Source: Vulcanimicrobiaceae bacterium (lineage in GTDB: Bacteria > Vulcanimicrobiota > Vulcanimicrobiia > Vulcanimicrobiales > Vulcanimicrobiaceae). From it: a DNA stretch of 64,000 nucleotides. The stretch covers positions 2,187 to 66,186 of the forward strand of contig JBEKLD010000004.1 in the NCBI GenBank assembly GCA_050010375.1, written 5' to 3'. The notes under the pieces are model-generated. The model saw only the letters and a program-made list of their open reading frames with translations, did not search any database and was not told the DNA's origin. This document shows, piece after piece, positions 58,143 to 64,000 of the stretch (position 1 is the stretch's first letter; every line of letters begins with the position of its first letter). The position numbers were made by a program, and so were the translations under genes.

Positions 58143-58666
58143 CCGCCGGTCCCTTTCGACAGGGACGCCCGGAAGGCCGGGTCCCAGAAGACGCCGCGTC
58201 CATCGCGCAGCCGGGCGGCGACCTCGCCGCGCTCGGCCCGCGGGACGGTGATCGAGAAGACGTTGGCCGAGGTCGGGGCCGCGAAGTCGCCGCTGACCAC
58301 CTCGCCGCGCCCGGTGGCCAAGGGAACGGTCGCCCAGCAGTCGACCTCGTCGACGCCCGGAGCGGCGGCGTACGCGCCGGCGATGAGGCCGGCGACCTCG
58401 GCATCCCAGCCGGCGAGGTCGAGTGGGCGGTGGAACTTCACCCCGCTCAGGATCAGCCCGCAGTCGACGTGTGGTCCGACCCGCTCGCAGCGCACGCGCA
58501 CGAGCTGCGCCGCGAGCGGCCGGGCCAGCAAGACCGCCGCGATCCGCCGGGCCGTGCCCGGATCGTTGCCGGCCGAGCGCGCCAGGACGCGCGCGTCGTC
58601 GGCGTGCGCCGCCAGCGGCACGAGCGCGGCGAGCCCGGCCGCCAGGACCGCTGCCTGCGCGCGCAC
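58139..58666 (-). CDS. Secreted hypothetical protein
   Basis: GTG start, signal peptide ending AHA, ATGA overlap with the M16 gene. Confidence 0.6.
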   Translation of the reverse strand: MRAQAAVLAAGLAALVPLAAHADDARVLARSAGNDPGTARRIAAVLLARPLAAQLVRVRCERVGPHVDCGLILSGVKFHRPLDLAGWDAEVAGLIAGAYAAAPGVDEVDCWATVPLATGRGEVVSGDFAAPTSANVFSITVPRAERGEVAARLRDGRGVFWDPAFRASLSKGTGG

Positions 58667-58670
58667 CCGG

Positions 58671-60110
58671 TCAGTAGGCCTGCGCGAAGTAGGCCTGGTA
58701 GTGCGCCGGCTCGCCGCACGGGACGCAGCGCTCGGCGCGCGCCGGTTGGCGCAGGTTGCGCGTCGACGCACTGGTCGCTTCCTTCACCAGCTCCTCGCAG
58801 GCGGGGCGGCCGCACCACGGGACGTCGATCATCCCGGCCCGCTCGCTGCACAGCCGGAAGAACTCGTCGCGGTCGAGCGTCGCGATCGTGTGGTCTTGGA
58901 GGAACGTCTTCGCCTGCGCGAACAGGCCGTGCTGGATCTGCTCGAGGACGGTCGGCACGAAGGCGACGACTTGGTCGAGCGGCACCTGCTGCTTCTGGCC
59001 TTCTTCTTTGACCGCTTTGTCGCGGCGCACGAGCGTCACGACGCCGGCCTCGATGTCACGGTTGCCCAACTCGAGCCGAATCGGGATGCCGCGCAGGTCC
59101 CACTCGTTGAACTTGTAGCCGGGCGACTGTCCCCCCCGGTCGTCGAGCCGGACGCGCAGGCCGGCTGCCTTGCAGCGCGCATACAGATCGCGCGCCGCGG
59201 CGTCGAGCACGGCGGTGTCGCCGCGCGGGATCGGGACGATGACGACCTCGATCGGCGCCATCTTCGGCGGGATGCGCAGGCCGCGGTCGTCGCCGTGCGT
59301 CATGATCAGCGCGCCGAGCATGCGCCACGACATCCCCCACGAGGTCGTCCAGCAGTACTGCTCGGTCTGGTCTTCGGCGCTGAACGTGATGTCGTAGGCG
59401 CGGGCGAAGTTCTGGCCCAGCTCGTGCGAGGTCGCCGACTGCAGCGCGCGCCCGTCGGGCATGAGCGCTTCGATCGAGAAGGTGTGGTTCGCGCCGGCGA
59501 AGCGTTCGGCGGCCGACTTCTCGCCGGTGTAGACCGGGACGGCGCAGACGTCCTCGGCGACCTCGCGGTAGATCTCGAGCATCCGCGCGACCTCTTCCGC
59601 CGCTTCGGTCTCGGTGGCGTGCGCGGTGTGGCCTTCCTGCCACAGAAACTCCGCCGTGCGCAAAAATGGGCGCGTGCGCTTCTCCCAGCGCATGACGTTG
59701 ACCCATTGATTGATGAGGACGGGCAGGTCGCGGTACGACTGGATCCAGTCGGCGTACATCACGCCGACGATCACTTCCGACGTCGGGCGGATCGCGAGCC
59801 GCTCGGTCAGCTTCTCGTTCCCACCCTCGGTGACCCAAGCCACCTCGGGTGCGAAGCCCTCGACGTGCTCGGCCTCGCGCGTCAGCAGCGACTCGGGGAT
59901 CAGCAGCGGGAAGTACGCGTTCTCGTGACCGGTCTCTTTGAAGCGCCGGTCCAATTCGGCTTGCAGTCGCTCCCATAAGCCGTAGCCGTTGGGCCGCAGC
60001 ACGACGCACCCGCGCACCGGCGCCTGGGAGACCAGTTCGGCGCGGTAGCAGGTGGCTTGGTACCACTCGGAGAGGTCGGCTGATTTGGGTGGGATGCGTT
60101 CCATGACCAA
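58671..60110 (-). CDS. proS: Proline--tRNA ligase, short archaeal/eukaryote-like type
   Basis: SEWY, RPTSE, RWEKRTRPFLRTAEFLWQEGHT, QSATSHELGQNF; no INS editing domain; start 60104 or 60110. Confidence 0.95.
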   Translation of the reverse strand: MVMERIPPKSADLSEWYQATCYRAELVSQAPVRGCVVLRPNGYGLWERLQAELDRRFKETGHENAYFPLLIPESLLTREAEHVEGFAPEVAWVTEGGNEKLTERLAIRPTSEVIVGVMYADWIQSYRDLPVLINQWVNVMRWEKRTRPFLRTAEFLWQEGHTAHATETEAAEEVARMLEIYREVAEDVCAVPVYTGEKSAAERFAGANHTFSIEALMPDGRALQSATSHELGQNFARAYDITFSAEDQTEQYCWTTSWGMSWRMLGALIMTHGDDRGLRIPPKMAPIEVVIVPIPRGDTAVLDAAARDLYARCKAAGLRVRLDDRGGQSPGYKFNEWDLRGIPIRLELGNRDIEAGVVTLVRRDKAVKEEGQKQQVPLDQVVAFVPTVLEQIQHGLFAQAKTFLQDHTIATLDRDEFFRLCSERAGMIDVPWCGRPACEELVKEATSASTRNLRQPARAERCVPCGEPAHYQAYFAQAY

Positions 60111-60163
60111 ACGCCGGGGGTTCGCGCAGGTCGGCGACCGTCCTCTCCGAAGGTCGCCGAGCG

Positions 60164-60787
60164 ATGCCCAAGCTGACCCGGATCTACACGCGCACCGGCG
60201 ACGACGGGACGACCGGGCTGGTCGGCGGACAGCGCATCAAGAAGAGCGCGCCGCGGATCGAGGCCTACGGGACGATCGACGAGCTGTCCTCGGCGATCGG
60301 CTTGGCGCGCACGGCGCTGGCCGACGCGACGCGCACGCGTCCGGTGCAAGACCTCGCCCGCACGCACGCGGCGGCGCGGGACCTCGACGCGTGGTTGGCC
60401 TGGACGCAGGACGTGCTCTTCAACCTCGGCAGCGATCTGGCGACGCTGCCGCAGGACCGCTGGGAGGGGATGCCGCTCGTCTCCGCGGCCGATGCGAAGG
60501 CGCTCGAGCGCGCGATCGACCGCGCGCAGCAAGACCTCGTCCCGCTCGCCACCTTCATCCTCCCGGGCGGCTCGTATCCGGGCGCGTTCCTCCACCTGGC
60601 GCGCACGATCTGCCGCCGCGCCGAGCGGCTGCTCGTCGCGCTGCGCGAGGACGAGGCGGTCTCAGCCGACGCGGTCCGCTACGTCAACCGGCTCTCCGAT
60701 GCGCTCTTCGTCTGGTCGCGCTGGATCAACCACGCGCTCGACCAGCCCGAGCACTCCTGGAACCCGACGACGGCGCCGCCGCCCTGA
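60164..60787 (+). CDS. PduO-type cob(I)alamin adenosyltransferase
   Basis: RIYTRTGDDGTT.L, RIEAYGTIDEL, FILPGG, ARTICRRAER, NRLSD.LF. Confidence 0.92.
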   Translation: MPKLTRIYTRTGDDGTTGLVGGQRIKKSAPRIEAYGTIDELSSAIGLARTALADATRTRPVQDLARTHAAARDLDAWLAWTQDVLFNLGSDLATLPQDRWEGMPLVSAADAKALERAIDRAQQDLVPLATFILPGGSYPGAFLHLARTICRRAERLLVALREDEAVSADAVRYVNRLSDALFVWSRWINHALDQPEHSWNPTTAPPP

Positions 60788-61030
60788 TCAGGCGCAGTCG
60801 TACAGGACGCGGTGCGCGCGGTACGCGTCGCCGCGAATCGTCGCGGTCTCGCCGCGTTCGGTCATCAGCCGAGCCGTCCAGTTGGAGCGGCCGCGCGCGG
60901 CCAGCAAGAGCGTGAGTTGACGCTCGAGCAGATCGGGCGACTCGTACCGGAAGCGCAGGTCGTGTAGCCCGCGCTCGGCGTTGCGTATCGTCACGACCAG
61001 CGTCCACACATCGGAAGCGGAGGACGACAT
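60788..61030 (-). CDS. Small hypothetical protein
   Basis: 80-aa ORF filling the gap; TATCAT 6 nt upstream of the ATG (leaderless-type signature). Confidence 0.55.
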   Translation of the reverse strand: MSSSASDVWTLVVTIRNAERGLHDLRFRYESPDLLERQLTLLLAARGRSNWTARLMTERGETATIRGDAYRAHRVLYDCA

Positions 61031-61124
61031 GGCCCTATGATACGCAGTCGACCGACCGGCGAAAAGTACCGCCGGCCTTTCATAACCAACTCCGTACCTG
61101 CACGCTACCGACCCTTAACACTTC

Positions 61125-61394
61125 TCAGGTGCCGAATCTCTCCAGCGAACGCGCATGCGCTTTCGCCGCTTCCTCGGCGCGGTTCTTCGGCGCCGCGTTC
61201 GTCGCGAGCGAGTGGAGCAGACGCTTGGAGATCCCGGCGATCTCGTCGACCGCCGCCAGAAATTGCGGTTCGTTCGCCTTCGACGGCTTCGTAAAGCCGC
61301 TGATCTTTCGGACGAACTGCAAGGACGCGGCGTGAACCTCGTCGTCGGTGACGGGCGGCTCGAAGTTGAACAGGGTCTTGATGTTGCGGCACAT
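61125..61394 (-). CDS. DUF2277 family protein
   Basis: MCRNIKTLFNFEPP.TDDE..AA.LQFVRKISGF; GGAGG SD. Confidence 0.85.
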   Translation of the reverse strand: MCRNIKTLFNFEPPVTDDEVHAASLQFVRKISGFTKPSKANEPQFLAAVDEIAGISKRLLHSLATNAAPKNRAEEAAKAHARSLERFGT

Positions 61395-61428
61395 TGCGCT
61401 CACCTCCAGGGTCTATGGACGGATGGGC

Positions 61429-62946
61429 TCAGGCGTACTCCTGGAGACCCGCCGGCTCGACGACGGCCTGAATCTCCTCGGGGTTCGACTTCCAGAAGCC
61501 GTAGCTGAAAAAGAAGACGAGCCCGACGACCAGCGCCAGCGCGAACCAGGTCCAGGTCGTGCGCGAGAGCCCGAAGACGGCTAAGAACACCGAAAAGACG
61601 ATCCCCAGGATCGGGAAGAGTGGGACGAACGGCACCTTGAAGGTGCGCGGGATATTCGGCTTGCGCGCCCGCAGGTAGAGCACGCCCGCGCAGACGACCG
61701 CGAACGCGCTCAGCGTCCCGATGTTGACCAGGTTCAGCAGTTCGTTGAGCGGGACGATCAGCGCCAGAATCGCGACCGCGACGCCGGTGATCACGGTCGT
61801 CACGACCGGCGTCTTGAACCGTGGGTTGATCTTCGAGACCGCGGGTGGGAGCATCTTGTCGCGCGACATCACGTAGAAGATTCGCGACTGGCCGAGCAGC
61901 GAGGTGAGCGCGACGCTGGTGGTGCCGGCCAGCACGCCGATCGTGATGATCCAGCTCAGCACCGGCAGGTGGAGCGGCGCGAGCGCGGCGACCAGTGGGT
62001 CCTTCTCCTGCACCTGCGACCACGGGACGGCGCCGAGCAGGACGATCGCGGTCGCGCAGTACAGGATCGTCCCGATCGCCAGCGCCCCGATCACGCCGAC
62101 CGGGATGTCGATCTGCGGGCGCTTGCACTCCTCGGCCGTCGTGGTCGACGCGTCGAAACCGATGTAGCTGAAGAACACGAAGGCCGCGATCGGGATGATC
62201 CCGTAGGGCTGCGACGATTCGACCGTCCCGCCGAACGGGACCAGCGCGCCCCAGCCGTGCGGGGTGAACTGGTGCAAGTTCGCCGCGTGGAACAGGAACG
62301 CGCCGGCGACGATGAAGACCAGCAGCGCCGAGATCTTCAGCACCACGAAGAGGTTGTTGGCGCTGGCCGACTCGCGGATCCCGATTGCGAGCAAGCCGCT
62401 CAGCGCCAGCACGAAGAGCGCGCTGACGACGTCGCACTGCGAGTGCGCGAGGTCGTAACTGCTCGGCAACCACCACGGACCGGTGATCGCCAAGTTCGAG
62501 GTCTGCGCCCAGCCCGGCAGCACGAGCCCGGCGCCGCGGAACAGGTCCTGGATCGCGGCCGAAAACTGCTGCGCGACCGGCGCCGCGCTGATGCCGTACT
62601 CGAAGATCAGCGCGAAACCGATGATCCAGGCGAACAGCTTGCCCATCGTCGCGTAGGCGTAGGTGTATGCGCTGCCGGCGACGGGGACCATCGCGCCCAG
62701 CTCGGCGTAGCAGAGCGCGGCGAAGAACGAGGTGAGGCCGGCCAACAGGTACGAGACGATGACCGCCGGGCCGGCGCCCTTGACGCCGGTCCCGATGGTG
62801 GTGAAGATCCCGCCGCCGATCATCGACCCGAGGCCGATCGCGATCAGGTCTTTGCCGGTCAGCGCGCGGCGGAGCGTCTTGTTCTTGCTCTGCTCGCGCA
62901 GTTTCTCGACCGAGCTGGTGGCGAAGAGCCGCGCGGCGAACGACAT
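61429..62946 (-). CDS. APC-family amino acid permease (cationic amino acid transporter-like)
   Basis: IGLGSMIGGGIF, ALCYAELGAMVPVAGSAYTYAY, FFSYIGFD, GQSRIFYVMSRD.MLP. Confidence 0.92.
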   Translation of the reverse strand: MSFAARLFATSSVEKLREQSKNKTLRRALTGKDLIAIGLGSMIGGGIFTTIGTGVKGAGPAVIVSYLLAGLTSFFAALCYAELGAMVPVAGSAYTYAYATMGKLFAWIIGFALIFEYGISAAPVAQQFSAAIQDLFRGAGLVLPGWAQTSNLAITGPWWLPSSYDLAHSQCDVVSALFVLALSGLLAIGIRESASANNLFVVLKISALLVFIVAGAFLFHAANLHQFTPHGWGALVPFGGTVESSQPYGIIPIAAFVFFSYIGFDASTTTAEECKRPQIDIPVGVIGALAIGTILYCATAIVLLGAVPWSQVQEKDPLVAALAPLHLPVLSWIITIGVLAGTTSVALTSLLGQSRIFYVMSRDKMLPPAVSKINPRFKTPVVTTVITGVAVAILALIVPLNELLNLVNIGTLSAFAVVCAGVLYLRARKPNIPRTFKVPFVPLFPILGIVFSVFLAVFGLSRTTWTWFALALVVGLVFFFSYGFWKSNPEEIQAVVEPAGLQEYA

Positions 62947-62988
62947 CCCCGAGGGGCTTCGAAGGCGCCGGCCGTCCCCCTCCGGCCC

Positions 62989-64000
62989 TTAGGCCGCGCG
63001 CGAGGACGCGAGCGCCGCGCGCGGCTGCTCGAGCTTCGCGGTATACGCGCCGCAGGCCGCCGCGCTCGCACAGGCCGCGCGATGGACGAAGATCCGCTGC
63101 GCGTCGGCCAGACGTTCCGCGCGTCCGAGCCACGCGTCGAGCGCCACCCGGCGCAGCGTCGACCCGTACGAGAACGTCAACGGCCACGGCCGGCGGCGCG
63201 GCATCGCGCGGTTGTGCGCGCAGAGCCGTTCGGCGGCCAACGCCGGCTCCTGCCCGTCGACGAGGAACGCGATCCCGGCGACCGCGACCGGAACCGTCGC
63301 GCCGAGGACGCGCAGCGTCTGCGCGACGATCTCGCCCGTCGCGGCCGGTTCGCCGGCGGAGCGGCCCGGCACGATCATCGTCGGCGCGAGCACCAGGGCG
63401 CCGAGGTCGACCTGGGAGCGCGCCAGTTCCGCGATCAGCCGGCGCAGGATGCGTTCGGTCGCGTGCGCGGCGGCGGCGAGGTCGTGCGCGCCGTCGTCCG
63501 ACAGCTCGATCTCGAGCACCGGCACGATCCCGTGCTCTTGGCACAGCGTCGCGCAGCGCGCGAGCGCCTGCGCGTTGGCCGCGATCGCACGGTCCGAGGG
63601 GCCGGCGCGGAAGCATGCGCGCCAGGTCGCGCAGCCCACGCCGAGCGACGCATACTCGGTCAGCCGGCGACGCAGCCCGTCGAGCCCTTCGGTCACCAGC
63701 TCGTCGCCGCTGGCGGCCAACGGCGCGCAGCCGCCGTCGAGCGCGACGCCCGGCACGATGCCGCGTTCGCGCAAGCTGCCCACGACGCTGCAGCCGCGCG
63801 CGGTCGTGCCGCGGATCGACTCGTCGGAGAGGATCGCTCCGCCCGCGTAGCGTTCGAGGCTCGGCGCCTCGACCACCAGGTCGCGCCAGGCGCGCCGCAG
63901 CTCGGCCGTATCGGGCAACTCCAAGAGTGCGAAGCGGTGGCTGCGCGCCGGCTCGTCGAGCGCGATCAGACCGCGACCGCCGGCGACGAGTGCCGCCGCG
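62989..64000 (-). CDS. Class I fructose-bisphosphate-aldolase homolog with degenerate active site (5' end outside the window)
   Basis: Frame open to the window edge: AAALVAGGRGLIALDE, GIVPGVALDGG, EGLDGL..R..EY, CQEHGIVPVLE, WPLTFSYG. Confidence 0.85.
   Translation of the reverse strand, partial: AAALVAGGRGLIALDEPARSHRFALLELPDTAELRRAWRDLVVEAPSLERYAGGAILSDESIRGTTARGCSVVGSLRERGIVPGVALDGGCAPLAASGDELVTEGLDGLRRRLTEYASLGVGCATWRACFRAGPSDRAIAANAQALARCATLCQEHGIVPVLEIELSDDGAHDLAAAAHATERILRRLIAELARSQVDLGALVLAPTMIVPGRSAGEPAATGEIVAQTLRVLGATVPVAVAGIAFLVDGQEPALAAERLCAHNRAMPRRRPWPLTFSYGSTLRRVALDAWLGRAERLADAQRIFVHRAACASAAACGAYTAKLEQPRAALASSRAA

Noticed and set aside
61056-61080. CCGGCG/CGCCGG hairpin with short T-run as a terminator
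   Set aside because: 6-bp stem, and the T-run is on the strand where no gene ends.

Overview
A high-GC (about 70%, estimated by eye), gene-dense bacterial chromosomal window with about 65 CDS. I found no rRNA, tRNA, CRISPR array, integrase or transposase. The lineage looks like a diderm Terrabacterium, possibly Vulcanimicrobiota/Eremiobacterota; this is inference from a Bacillus-like gene order combined with a TonB-dependent receptor and many Gly/Pro/Thr-linker lipoproteins. Layout: (1) 1-13.5 kb, hit-rpsU-yqeY-nfeD-floA-yqfB-phoH-ybeY-dgkA-hlyC-cdd-recO superoperon with inserted PhyH-family, TBDR and His-rich TPR genes; (2) 15-19.6 kb, nucleoside-scavenging cluster (TsgA-like MFS, Asn-type nucleosidase, cytoplasmic Add, secreted ADA2-like deaminase); (3) 19.6-27.8 kb, three glycosyltransferases, pyrG, prmC, prfA, rpmE; (4) 27.9-44.8 kb, S53 and tandem S8 lipoprotein proteases flanking metY, a luciferase-free LuxE/ApbA-like/LuxC reductase module, an RHH/Doc toxin-antitoxin pair whose catalytic His is Gln, a class III aminotransferase and a Gfo/Idh/MocA oxidoreductase; (5) 44.9-50 kb, split glutamine-dependent NAD synthetase with CinA; (6) 50-55 kb, GT-C/GtrA glycosylation cluster; (7) 55-64 kb, Amj flippase, M16 peptidase, proS, PduO, APC permease and a class I aldolase homolog lacking both catalytic lysines. 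The most notable leads are the pseudo-aldolase, the LuxE/LuxC-transaminase pathway and the two-compartment adenosine-scavenging cluster. All family calls come from motif recognition by eye, not database searches.
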